Origin: Phallusia mammillata
Taxonomy: Eukaryota
NCBI GenBank assembly: GCA_965637545.1
Contig: OZ281498.1
Coordinates: forward strand, 434,001 to 498,000
Reading direction: 5' to 3'
DNA length: 64,000 nt
The notes beneath the pieces were generated by a model. The model saw nothing but the letters and a program-made list of their open reading frames with translations. It was not told the DNA's origin and searched no databases. Positions within the stretch are counted from its first letter, which is position 1. Each line of letters opens with the position of its first letter. The position numbers and the translations under genes were made by a program. Positions 1 through 37,349 of the stretch are shown here, one piece after another.

Positions 1-175
1 TTCAGTTATATTTTTATCAAAATTAGGACAGAAGAAAAAAGTTTTGGGTGCATTTATTTCTGGGTTTGCGCAGAAATCAAGTAGGTTCACTCGATTTCGC
101 TTCGTTGTTGCGTCGCAAGAAAAATGCCTGAAGTTTTAACTTTCATTTACCCCCTCTGTTTGGCAGGACAGCAAA

Positions 176-2402
176 ATGAAAGTCTGTGGTAATTTGTGGA
201 AAGTTGTTCTGGTCTCTGCAGCTGTTTGTGGCACTTTTGTTCAAAGTCACAGTTGGATTGCGTGCACAGATTATACGGAGAAGAACGGGGCGGATTGGAA
301 CCCAAATAAATGCCGAGGCTTTCCCAGAAATTCCGAAGAAAAATGCCCCAAGACAGGAGTGTTCGGACTCGATAAAGGTTTGTAGACGTTGAACCCAATA
401 ATTTCGTTGCTCTGACAACATGTTGTCCAGGTTACGACCACATTCCCAACAACGAGAATGCGTGTGGGGAAAAGAACCGCGTTTACACTGACAGTCATCC
501 AATGGCGGTTTACTACCCGGGTCAGCAAGTCGTTCTTGTTCACCCAATGAAGGTAAAATTATTGCTAATCCAACAATTAACGATGAAACAGCTGATATTT
601 TGACTTGACAGAATCACGGCGCCGACAGTGGATGTGGAAACATTTGGATTCCAGATTACGGCTCCTGGATATACAGAACAGGGGGACCCCCCAAACAGTC
701 GGATCCAACGCTCGAAGGATTCAAACAAAACCCAGTATTTGATCTCGGTGAGTTGGTCGGTGAAATTTTAACGGAAGATTCATTTATGTGACTATGATTT
801 TTGTGTCAGGTCGATCGCCGCGGGGTTCGGACTTCGGCACAGATCCGTCGTTGAGCAGCAAATATCCAAAACCCGGTTACGGCAATGCACCAAAATTCTG
901 CGCCAACACCGACAAAGCGATGGGAACGTACAGTTTCAATGTTCCACGGAACCTAAGGGCTGGGACGTACACCTTCATGTGGCTGTGGTCGTTCAACTCG
1001 GAGAATAATATGTACAGCACTTGCTTCGAAGTTGAAATCGCCGCAAACAAAGCAACTCGCGACGCCAAACTCAGGGTAACTGTTATCTTATAAACTCGGA
1101 AAAAGAATCTGCTAATAACATTTCTGATAATATAGTCGTCTATAGAAAGCGGCATGCTTAGGGCATCAAATTTTCGTACATAATACACACTAGTATCAGG
1201 AATATTGGTTTGTTAATAAAATGTTTAGAGATGTTCGGCCTTTCATCACAGAAGAATGCAATTATCATGATTAGACGGCGGGCCGCACCTTTGTTGAATT
1301 TACGTTGTCGGGTAGCAAACGTCTTTATGTTAAGTTAACAGCTTCTTGTTGAAGTTCGCTGGTGATTTTGGTCGCATTGCTACGAAGGAGAAAAATATTA
1401 CTGAGCGCATTGATCTGCATAAAAACACAAAAAATAACTGAAACTGCTTGTTAGCACTGCATTGATAGTATAGCTGGCCACACTTCTTATTTACTGCCGC
1501 TTCTTATAAATAACAGTCTTCTTTTAGAATTTCTATCATTACAATAACCGTTATTGTTTTTCATAGGCGAAAGGCTTCAATGACCTCACAGAGCCATGTG
1601 GCGGACTGACGTCAAACCCTGACGTCATGGGGAATTCCAACCCTGGCTGCACCAAGCAAGCGCAAGTTACGTACGCAGCAACAGCGGGAAATTCCTCTCC
1701 ACCCCCAGCAACGCAAGAAACCCCAGATGTAGAAAGTCCAACCGAATCCGTCGGATTTACCCCCTACCCATTCTGGCTGGGGTTAACGACGCCCAGCGCA
1801 CAACCCCCGTCTGGGGAAAATCCTGTAAGTGGATATCATCGGCCACCAAAACCTCACAGGTAAGCGTCAATAAAATCTTATGCAAGAGTGTGAATATTAA
1901 CCGGGTTTCAACCTTAACAACCCGTAACGTGCTACACGTCCCGGCAACAGATGGAAAATCAACCACATTTCATTGTATTTCATGTTTTCAGCATTCACAT
2001 GAGCGTGAATGTTCACATGAGCTCGCAGCAATTCTCGGGGGAAATGAGACTTCCGGTGGCGCGTGACCGAACAATCAGAAGATACGTCAGCGCAGATTTC
2101 ACTTGTGACGTCATAACTGCAAGTGTAAGTTCTCTATGGATTTTCAGAAACACGTGGATATTTGTCATGTGACAACTTTATACAAGGTTGAATGAACTCG
2201 TTGTTTAATTTTGTAGTTTTGGAACGCGATGACAATTTCGGACATGGAAGAATCGCTTAAATCACGCCACTTTGATATTATGCAACAAGGGTCGGAAGAA
2301 ATCAAAACAAATCGAGTGTTTTATCACGTGACGTTTGATGACGCGTGTGACCTCTCGATGCATCCGCCTGTTGTGAGACTAACACGCGAAGATCTGATGT
2401 AA
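176..2402 (+). CDS. Secreted LPMO-like (histidine-brace, putative copper) protein, ~445 aa, 7 exons: signal peptide, catalytic-like domain, P/T/S linker, C-terminal putative CBM2-like domain
   Basis: Exons 176-377, 431-552, 612-747, 810-1075, 1567-1859, 1992-2124 and 2217-2402 join with GT-AG sites in one frame (1338 nt). The signal peptide MKVCGNLWKVVLVSAAVCGTFVQS is followed by HSWIACTDY. A second His lies in HPMKNH, and the C-terminal strands read GTYTFMWLWSF...MYSTCFEVEI. The gene model is solid; the LPMO function is inferred. Confidence 0.75.
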
Positions 2403-2808
2403 ATATTTCCTGGTACTCAGTTTTGTTGCGCCCAAATACATTTGTATGTTGTAACGCTGTTGTGTGGTCTGTCCTACGATGACATAATTTCGTCGCGAAC
2501 AAATGAACACTTGTGAAAAAGGTGTGGCTCGTAATCTGATAATTTGCCGGCTATTCATGTACATGAGCTTACAATATCCGGTTGTGGCCAGAACAGTGTG
2601 ATATTCGTGAAGCAAACACAGAGGCGGTCAACCACAAGTAGTGACTACCAACTTCACGCGCCTAAGGGATAGTTACGTCACTCGCTAAACGAAACACAAA
2701 AGATGTTTGCACTGCCCAAGGACAGATCAGTTTTATTTGCATAATTCAAATCAAAATGTTTTTCAAATAAATAACAGTTGTCTGATCCGATGTTGGAAAT
2801 TCGCCGAT

Positions 2809-11060
<8,252 letters not shown>

Positions 11061-11221
11061 GATGGCGTTGAGATAAAAATCTTAAATATTATAAGACAGT
11101 TGTTAATGAGATCTTTTTGCCATTTGACAAAATGTCATATACAACGCAACGATATATGGATTGTCTGACCCTGTAACTATCGGAGTAAACCGTAGAATCA
11201 AACTGCCTTGTTAAACATTAC

Positions 11222-11410
11222 CTGTAGTTGATGAAGAACGTGAAGTTGAAATTACTCAACTGATGATCTTGGACTGCTCCAGCGCCGTTTATAAAGCCTG
11301 AGATTTTTTCTTCACTCTTTTCGAAACACAGCTGTTGCGTCATCACCAAACCATCTATGTCGTCACCATGCTTGTTATGTCGTCACCTCTTGTAGTTAGC
11401 GAGGGTGATA
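11222..11410 (-). promoter_or_regulatory. Myosin copy 1 promoter and non-coding exon 1: TATA, E-box, CRE-like and T-box-like sites
   Basis: Donor CAG|GTAATG at 11222/11221; TTTATAAA at 11288-11295; CAGCTG at 11329-11334; TGACGCA at 11336-11342 (minus strand); two GGTGACGACATA repeats at ~11356-11387. Confidence 0.7.
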
Positions 11411-13529
11411 ATGTCGGTGAGACAAAGCGAAGCTGAGCGAACAGTCACCGTTTGAATCTTGGCGGGAAGCCATTCTACCGGGAGTTAACCATTAACGAAC
11501 GGTTGCGTTTGGTGACGTGTCGGTCATATGATTGTTTGAATATCTGCACGTTTATGAAAAACTTGATGGCAACCATTTTATGTTGGCAACTTGAAGACTC
11601 CTGCATTGCCACAAAACATTTGGTTAGGGTCCAAAATTGCATCAAACCATTAATAGAATAAATCATTTAGCTTACTCAGCGGTGCTTTAATAATTAATTT
11701 CATATCGATTTACACACATATGCTTTGAAGTGGACTTTGTTTCACGGCCCAGAACACAAAATACCGGTTCACCAGGTTCTGGAATTACATCTGAATAAAA
11801 CAACGTTGCAAGTTTGGTTTGCGTCTGTGTAATGTGAGACGTTATAGTCTGGTTGTATTAACACAATAAAGCTATTTTCTTTCATTGTAGGTATAGTTTG
11901 CATGATAAACTTGAGCATAATGTCAGGGAAACAGGATTTCTAAAAAATTGCAATATACAAAGAGTTTGACATATTGGTAATATTTAGCACATATGTTAAT
12001 GTTATTCGGAGTTTTTTCCTAAATGATTAAAAGCCACCTGTTTTTTATTTTAGCTTTTGATTTATCTTTTTGCTATTCGTGTACATATTAGACTTCGAGG
12101 AAGTGTTCCTTTACATAAATCTGTTATCTATTTTTATGTAGTCCAACGCGAACTACGACTAGTTTTCAAGTTTAAAAATTTTGCAATTAGGTCAAATGTA
12201 CCATCACAATGTGTGTTCTGCACCCTTTCTTCCGGCGCTTAAACTATCCGGCAGGGTTTTTTGGTGGTTTCTTTTCCTGTCGAACCCCTACCTCTTTCCC
12301 TAACACGGGTGGTTAGATTAGATGCCAACTTGACCCTTTGTGTGTTGCTAAGCTGTGAACAGTTTTTGTGTTTGTTAAAAATGCAAGCTGTGACTATAAC
12401 TTAAATACTAAAATTAAACATGACCATATATTAATGACTGAATAGGAAGTGTGTTAGTCAGTGGTCATTGTTGTCCAACCCAACTACTCCGACTATCTTT
12501 TACATTTTTTAAAATCTTTATTATTTTTGTTTAGTGTATTTACAAGCACAACGTTTTGAACCTATATCGCGTGCGTTTTCGTGCCACATTACCAATGCGT
12601 GTTATTCAGTTTGGTTCGTCACTGTGTAACTGTAAGTGCATAAAATACACAAATGCTGTTTACACTCATATGCATTAATGAGTGGCGAAAACACGTCACA
12701 ATGGAGTTGCAAGTACAGAATTGCACTAAAACTACGAGCAGCATTAGAATTAGAATAACACTTCCTCAAAAACTATCAGGTAAACAAGAATTTGAATCAG
12801 AATTTTATTTACACCAACCAACTTTAGTTCATTTTAAATATGAACACCAAGATTTGTACGTTTTGCAGTATATACTTCGCCGACGTGACATTAAGCAACG
12901 AGTGCAAATTTACTCATGTCCATGTGGTGATGACGCGTGCCAACATTTTACTGAGTAGCAATGGTTTGTGCCAGCTGATTTCAATAATAAGGAGAAACCA
13001 GAGCGTTTTTTCCATAATGGCTGGATTTTAAGACTATTGAATGATAAAAAAAAAACTAAAAACAAGCAGTTCAAATTAGCACTTCAATTTTTATTGGCGC
13101 ACCATAAAAATCACCTCGAGTTGACACGCGTGCCAGGGGTTGCAGACACCTGGTGTAAACCTTTGTGTCTTTATACTACTTTGAGCTAAAAATCATTAAA
13201 AATCATTTGTTTCATACAAAAACTATCGAAACTACATTTCCCTATACTGTAAATCTAGAACCTAATGACTGAAGATACAAACTAAAAAAGAATACTAGTT
13301 TTCTTGATCTGGTGAACTGACAGACAAACTGTATTCTCTTTCACTACCAGACTATATATTATACCACAACACCAATGAGGTAGAGACTACGATTTAGTCT
13401 TGTTTGCAACTGTGTTTCTTGTTTGTAAGTACGAATTTAAAATATGTTTTAGTGATAAGGTTTGTTTTTGTGAGCTTTGGACATGAAGCGCATTCTCGTA
13501 TCACATGCCTCAAATGCAATTGGACACCT

Positions 13530-13565
13530 CCCTAAACGCCTAACCCTAACACTAAACCTAACCCT
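13530..13565. repeat. Short degenerate telomere-like (TAACCC) tract, also at ~25540-25575
   Basis: cctaaacgcctaaccctaacactaaacctaaccct lies immediately left of the MITE TSD. Confidence 0.5.
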
Positions 13566-13571
13566 CAAAAT

Positions 13572-14584
13572 TAGGGTTGGCCCGATACCAATATTTTGAA
13601 CCGATACCGATACCCGATATTTTACCCCAAAAGTACTGCGATCCGATACCGATACCCGATACTTTGCAAACAAGCAAAAACATTTTCAAACTGATGTATT
13701 TGTAATGTGTTTTCCCATCACAGTTAATTTAACAACACACTCAGTCTAATAAATCACTTAAGGCCGTAAAATGCCCAGGTCTGGTAAAGACTCTTTGGCA
13801 AATCAGCTGGCGAGCTAACGATGCCCTAACGACGGTGGTGCATTGGAGTCATAACTAACGATTGGTGCACTTGTTGTTACGCATCTGATCACGTGATTAC
13901 GTTTATGCTACGCGCTTTGCAACGTCTTACCGGCGTCTATTGTTTGTAACGTCTTACCGGCGTTAATGTTTTACGACTTTGACAACTAAAAACATTTAAC
14001 GATCATGGCTTTAGGCAGAGAATGGGATTGTCTGTTAATATCCTCAAAACAGTGAAGGAATCCCAAAACATATGACGTTTGGGTCATTTCTTAACGCCAA
14101 CTTTTGTATTGCAAAATCGCAGGTAGTTTAATTGGGATTCAAAAGTTCACCTAAAGTCATAGAAAATAATTTGTCACTGATAACACTAGGAATGTCTAAA
14201 TACACTTGGCCATACAAATTAAACACCCGCCGTTTCGAAACTTATGCTTACAAACGTCTACAATGAACTTTGTGTGTTGTGACGCTCGCTCGCAATTAAC
14301 GCGGGCCTAAAAACGTGTTGCGGCATTAAGTCGCTGTAGCGATTTAGGTCATCTTATTTCATTAAATCCAAAACGAACGCGTTTTTTAGTTGTAGTCCCA
14401 TAAATATTTTATCACAGCCGATGGTTGTTGTTTTTTGCCTCCTTTCATTTTCAATTTTACACATGATAAAGTCTCAAAGAAAGTATCGGTACTTGTACCG
14501 ATACCGCTAAAGTATCGGACGAGTACCGATACTGCTCGAAGCATCGGGTATCGGCGCCGATACAGTACTATCGGGCCATCCCTA
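13572..14584. mobile_element. Non-autonomous hAT-type DNA transposon (MITE), ~1.0 kb
   Basis: Termini TAGGGTTGGCCCGATA...TATCGGGCCATCCCTA; perfect 8-bp TSD CTCAAAAT; subterminal CCGATA/TATCGG repeats. Confidence 0.9.
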
Positions 14585-14787
14585 CTCAAAATGCTGTGGA
14601 TCAAACCGGTGTTTTTCAGCAAAACTACCAAATTAACGCGCCTAAGGGATGGTTACGTCACTCGCTAAACGAACACGAAAGATGTTTGCACTGCCCAAGG
14701 ACAGATCAGTTTTATTTGCATAATTCAAATCAAGAGGTTTTTCAAATAAATAACAGTTGTCTGATCCGTGGTGGGAAATTCGCCGAT

Positions 14788-23062
<8,275 letters not shown>

Positions 23063-23223
23063 GATGGCGTTGAGATAAAAATCTAAAATATTATAAGACA
23101 GTTGTTAATGAGATCTTTTTGCCATTTGACAAAATGTCATATACAACGCAACGATATATGAATCGTCTGACCCTGTAACTATCGGAGTAAACCGTAGAAT
23201 CAAACTGCCTTGTCAAACATTAC

Positions 23224-23412
23224 CTGTAGTTGATGAAGAACGTGAAGTTGAAATTACTCAACTGATGATCTTGGACTGCTCCAGCGCCGTTTATAAAGCC
23301 TGAGATTTTTTCTTCACTCTTTTCGAAACACAGCTGTTGCGTCATCACCAAACCATCTATGTCGTCACCATGCTTGTTATGTCGTCACCTCTTGTAGTTA
23401 GCGAGGGTGATA
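23224..23412 (-). promoter_or_regulatory. Myosin copy 2 promoter and non-coding exon 1
   Basis: Same module as 11222-11410, with TATA at 23290-23297. Confidence 0.7.
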
Positions 23413-25581
23413 ATGTCGGTGAGACAAAGCGAAGCTGAGCGAACAGTCACCGTTTGAATCTTGGCGGGAAGCCATTCTACCGGGAGTTAACCATTAACGA
23501 ACGGTTGCGTTTGGTGACGTGTCGGTCATATGGTTGTTTGAATATCTGCACGTTTATGAAAAACTTGATGGCAACCATTTTATGTTGGCAACTTGAAGAC
23601 TCCTGCATTGCCACAAAACATTTGGTTAGGGTCCAAAATTGCATCAAACCATTAATAGAATAAATCATTTAGCTTACTCAGCGGTGCTTTCATAATTAAT
23701 TTCATATCGATTTACACACATATGCTTTGAAGTAGACTTTGTTTCACGGCCCAGAACACAAAATACCGGTTCACCAGGTTCTGGAATTACATCTGAATAA
23801 AACAACGTTGCAAGTTTGGTTTGCGTCTGTGTAATGAGAGACGTTATAGTCTGGTTGTATTAACACAATAAAGCTATTTTCTTTCATTGTAGGTATAGTT
23901 TGCATGATAAACTTGAGCATAATGTCAGGGAAACAGGATTTCTAAAAAATTGCAATATACAAAGAGTTTGACATATTGGTAATATTTAGCACATATGTTA
24001 ATGTTATTCGGAGTTTTTTCCTAAATGATTAAAAGCCACCTGTTTTTTATTTTAGCTTTTGATTTATCTTTTTGCTATTCGTGTACATATTAGACTTCGA
24101 GGAAGTGTTCCTTTACATAAATCTGTTATCTATTTTTATGTAGTCCAACGCGAACTACGACTAGTTTTCAAGTTTAAAAATTTTGCAATTAGGTCAAATG
24201 TACCATCACAATGTGTGTTCTGCACCCTTTCTTCCGGCGCTTAAACTATCCGGCAGGGTTTTTTGGTGGTTTCTTTTCCTGTCGAACCCCTACCTCTTTC
24301 CCTAACACGGGTGGTTAGATTAGATGCCAACTTGACCCTTTGTGTGTTGCTAAGCTGTGAACAGTTTTTGTGTTTGTTAAAAATGCAAGCTGTGACTATA
24401 ACTTAAATACTAAAATTAAACATGACCATATATTAATGACTGAATAGGAAGTGTGTTAGTCAGTGGTCATTGTTGTCCAACCCAACTACTCCGACTATCT
24501 TTTACATTTTTTTAAATCTTTATTATTTTTGTTTAGTGTATTTACAAGCACAACGTTTTGAACCTATATCGCGTGCGTTTTCGTGCCACATTACCAATGC
24601 GTGTTATTCAGTTTGGTCCGTCACTGTGTAACTGTAAGTGCATAAAATACACAAATGCTGTTTACACTCATATCCATTAATGAGTGGCGAAAACACGTCA
24701 CAATGGAGTTGCAAGTACAGAATTGCACTAAAACTACGAGCAGCATTAGAATTAGAATAACACTTCCTCAAAAACTATCAGGTAAACAAGAATTTGAATC
24801 AGAATTTTATTTACACCAACCAACTTTAGTTCATTTTAAATATGAACACCAAGATTTGTACGTTTTGCAGTATATACTTCGCCGACGTGACATTAAGCAA
24901 CGAGTGCAAATTTACTCATGTCCATGTGGTGATGACGCGTGCCAACATTTTTCTGAGTAGCAATGGTTTGTGCCAGCTGATTTCAATAATAAGGAGAAAC
25001 CAGAGCGTTTTTTCCATAATGGCTGGATTTTAAGACTATTGAATGATAAAAAAAAAACTAAAAACAAGCAGTATAACAGGTCAAATTAGCACTTCAATTT
25101 TTATTGGCGCACCATAAAAATCACCTCGAGTTGACACACGTGCCAGGGGTTGCAGACACCTGGTGTAAACCTTTGTGTCTTTATACTACTTTGAGCTGAA
25201 AATCATTAAAAAACATTTGTTTCATACAAAAACTATCGAAACTACATTTCCCTATACTGTAAATCTAGAACCTAATGACTGAAGATACAAACTAAAAAAG
25301 AATACTAGTTTTCTTGATCTAGTGAACTGACAGACAAACTGTATTCTCTTTCACTACCAGACTATATATTATGCCACAACACCAATGAGGTAGAGACTAC
25401 GATTTAGTCTTGTTTGCAACTGTGTTTCTTGTTTGTAAGTACGAATTTAAAATATGTTTTAGTGATAAGGTTTGTTTTTGTGAGCTTTGGACATGAAGCG
25501 CATTCTCGTATCACATGCCTCAAACGCAATTGGACACCTCCCTAAACGCCTAACCCTAACACTAAACCTAACCCTCAAAAT

Positions 25582-26594
25582 TAGGGTTGGCCCGATACCA
25601 ATATTTTGAACCGATACCGATACCCGATATTTTACCCCAAAAGTACTGCGATCCGATACCGATACTTTGCAAACAAGCAAAAACATTTTCAAACTGATGT
25701 ATTTGTAATGTGTTTTCCCATCACAGTTAATTTAACAACACACTCAGTCTAATAAATCACTTAAGGCCGTAAAATGCCCAGGTCTGGTAAAGACTCTTTG
25801 GCAAATCAGCTGGCGAGCTAACGATGCCCTAACGACGGTGGTGCATTGGAGGCATAACTAACGATTGGTGCACTTGTTGTTACGCAGTTACGCATCTGAT
25901 CACGTGATTACGTTTATGCTACGCGCTTTGCAACGTCTTACCGGCGTCTATTGTTTGTAACGTCTTACCGGCGTTAATGTTTTACGACTTTGACAACTAA
26001 AAACATTTAACGATCATGGCTTTAGGCAGAGAATGGGATTGTCTGTTAATATCCCCAAAACAGTGAAGGAATCCCAAAACATATGACGTTTGGGTCATTT
26101 CTTAACGCCAACTTTTGTATTGCAAAATCGCAGGTAGTTTAATTGGGATTCAAAAGTTCACCTAACGTCATAGAAAAGAATTTGTCACTGATAACACTAG
26201 GAATGTCTAAATACACTTGGCCATACAAATTAAACACCCGCCGTTTCGAAACTTATGCTTACAAACGTCTACAATGAACTTTGTGTGTTGTGACGCTCGC
26301 TCGCAATTAACGCGGGCCTAAAAACGTGTTGCAGCATTAAGTCGCTGTAGCGATTTAGGTCATCTTATTTCATTAAATCCAAAACGAACGCGTTTTTTAG
26401 TTGTAGTCCCATAAATATTTTATCACAGCCGATGGTTGTTGTTTTTGCCTCCTTTCATTTTCAATTTTACACATGATAAAGTCTCAAAAAAAGTATCGGT
26501 ACTTGTACCGATACCGCTAAAGTATCGGACGAGTACCGATACTGCTCGAAGCATCGGGTATCGGCGCCGATACAGTACTATCGGGCCATCCCTA
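25582..26594. mobile_element. Second copy of the same hAT MITE, carried by the 12-kb duplication
   Basis: Same TIRs, same CTCAAAAT TSD and same flanks as 13572-14584. Confidence 0.9.
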
Positions 26595-26797
26595 CTCAAA
26601 ATGCTGTGGATCAAACCGGTGTTTTTCAGCAAAACTACCAAATTAACGCGCCTAAGGGATGGTTACGTCACTCGCTAAACGAACACGAAAGATGTTTGCA
26701 CTGCCCAAGGACAGATCAGTTTTATTTGCATGATTCAAATCAAGAGGTTTTTCAAATAAATAACAGTTGTCTGATCCGTGGTGGGAAATTCGCCGAT

Positions 26798-35052
<8,255 letters not shown>

Positions 35053-35189
35053 GATGGCGTTGAGATAAAAATCTAAAATATTATAAGACAGTTGTTAATG
35101 AGATCTTTTTGCCATTTGACAAAATGGATTGTCTGACTCTGTAAATATCGGAGTAAACCGTAGAATCAAACTGCCTTGTTAAACATTAC

Positions 35190-35385
35190 CTGTAGTTGAT
35201 GAAGAACTTGAAGTTGAAATTACTCAACTGATAATCTTGGACTGGTTCAGCGCCGTTTATAAAGCCTGACATTTTTTTTCGCTCTTTACGAAACACAGCT
35301 GTTACGTCATCACCAAACAATCTATGTCGTCACCATGCTGGTTATGTCGTCACCTCGTGTACTTAGCGAGGGTGATGAGAATGTC
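35190..35385 (-). promoter_or_regulatory. Myosin copy 3 promoter and non-coding exon 1
   Basis: TATA at 35256-35263; CAGCTG, TGACGTAA and both GGTGACGACATA repeats are retained. Homology to copies 1 and 2 stops at ~35385. Confidence 0.65.
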
Positions 35386-35447
35386 AGTTGTGTAAATATA
35401 AATCAGTTGTTAAATTTGTTCCCTGTACAAAAAGCATTGAACACGCC

Positions 35448-35785
35448 TCAAAAAGTTCGGGCCGAAACCGAACTTTTTGAATTGTTTTAATTGGATGAAA
35501 TTTATTTAAAAAAAATGCAAATATCGCCATCATGAAACGTCATGAACTAACTAAATGTTAGATCAATAAATATAAGCCACGTTGTCTGCAAAATATAAAA
35601 AGTTTACTTAAGCTTACGCATTTTGAAAGTGGTATTGGAGTGTCATAATTATGTTCACTAGCATCAAGACTCAAGGTTTAGTTGAAAACATCAATCAGAA
35701 ACGGAATTTAATATTCGACCTGATTCGGCCGAATATTCGGAAAACGGTATATTCGGCCGAAATGTTTCGGCCAACTGAAACTTTG
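35448..35785. mobile_element. Truncated copy of the 63507-63911 MITE family upstream of myosin copy 3
   Basis: 35448-35733 is the diverged reverse complement of ~63573-63826, while 35739-35783 matches ~63855-63898 directly. Confidence 0.7.
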
Positions 35786-37349
35786 TAGGTTGTCCCTGAA
35801 CCGGTCGAAAAATTCCTGACAAGGCACGGCTAAAGCCACATCCGTTTACAGTCGAAGTTAGTAAAGATGTTAGAAGTTGGCGTACAGGTCAAATCGACTG
35901 TTTAGTGTTTTGTAAAACTTTGTAAACTAACCCCGCGATTATAAATCAATAAATCTCGGAAAACCACACGATCAAGTTATGGTGTGCAGCCGAAACCTAC
36001 TGCTAAAGTGTGTTTGTTTAGTGCCGCTTACTTTGCAGTATATTAATATTTGATTTTTATATTATTTTTGCCCTTAGAAAGCTCCACTACGATGATGAAA
36101 ATTTTATTATGGTGCGTAAATTTCAACCAGCGAATTAATCTCCACTCAACTAGAGTCAACTTGAAATGACATAAACTTTAATATTTTGATGTTTTATTTG
36201 GTTCTGTGGGTTGATCTTGGTTCAAAAGCCATTGCACCGCGTCAAGGTGTCAACCCACGCAATAGGTTTCGTCTAAGGCAGCAGAGAAACCCTCGTTCGG
36301 TGCAAAACCACAACCGAAACGAGGAAAACAGACTGGCACAAAAAAGGTACTTGACGTGATCACCTAAAAACATAAAGTTGTTTGATTTTGGAAATATATT
36401 TCTATAAATGATAAATAATACTCACATTCGGCAAAACCGATGCACCAGTAACTCCGAGCTCCATTCATCCGTATCTAAACTTTGAAATCTAACTTTCCTC
36501 AAGATGGCGCTATACTGAGTAAATTACAAAATCTTGAACCCTCATGTTACCGTGTCGTAAATACAAACAAACCTATATTTAAATATATTTTTATGACGGT
36601 TACCGCGATAACGGCATTCGCAACTAGGAACATTGTTTAAAATCCGCTGAAATAATAAAAAAATAAAATTAAAAAATTAAAATAATAAAAAAATAAATAA
36701 TAAAAAAAGTAAACAAATAAAAAAAATGAAAATAAATTAGTAGCATGTGAAGGACCGTGCACTGCCTCCATGTTTTGTTTCGTGGCAAAATAAGAAAACC
36801 AGTGATGTAAAGAAAAAGGAAGTGAAATAAAGAGAAATAAAAACGAGAATATACAATGTTCCAAGGATTCCTATGTTTATTTACAAATTGTTTTGTCTTC
36901 CAATAAACGACTTGTTAAAAAACTTTAACATTTGTGGTTGTGAGTTTGGATGCATTGTGAGCCGGTTGCAGCTGGGTATTGAGATGTTAGTATTATTGAT
37001 TTACAGTTTGGCTGAGATGCATTTATAACATTACATTATACCAGACTACCATGAAATGATTTCGAGCTTTCGTAATTTTACCCAGTAGAGCACCACTGTC
37101 GCTTCTTTCCAACAACTTTCCTCAACTAACTAACCTCGCTCCTGCAAAACCTGAAAAACTTGAAAAACTTGAATGGTTATGGTTAGTTTAAAGCCTACAT
37201 GGTTAATATTACTATCAAGTTTATCATGACTATTTAAACAAAGATATTCAAGTCAAAACCTCCCGCCATTTTTATCGCTCGTGTCCCTAGTTTCCTCCAT
37301 CCAAGTTTAAAGCTTTGCTCAATCTCTTCAATCTACAGATTGCAGTAAC

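Noticed and set aside
12653-13189. 101-aa ORF in the spacer, repeated at 24655
   Set aside because: It is conserved only because the whole spacer is duplicated. It sits beside a lone MITE-like end (~13135-13153) with no matching left TIR or TSD.
13530-13565. Interstitial telomere or chromosome fusion site
   Set aside because: Only about six degenerate hexamers with no head-to-head inversion; more likely part of a repeat element.
36637-36864. Phe/Tyr-rich 75-aa ORF
   Set aside because: It is the translation of an A-rich low-complexity tract.
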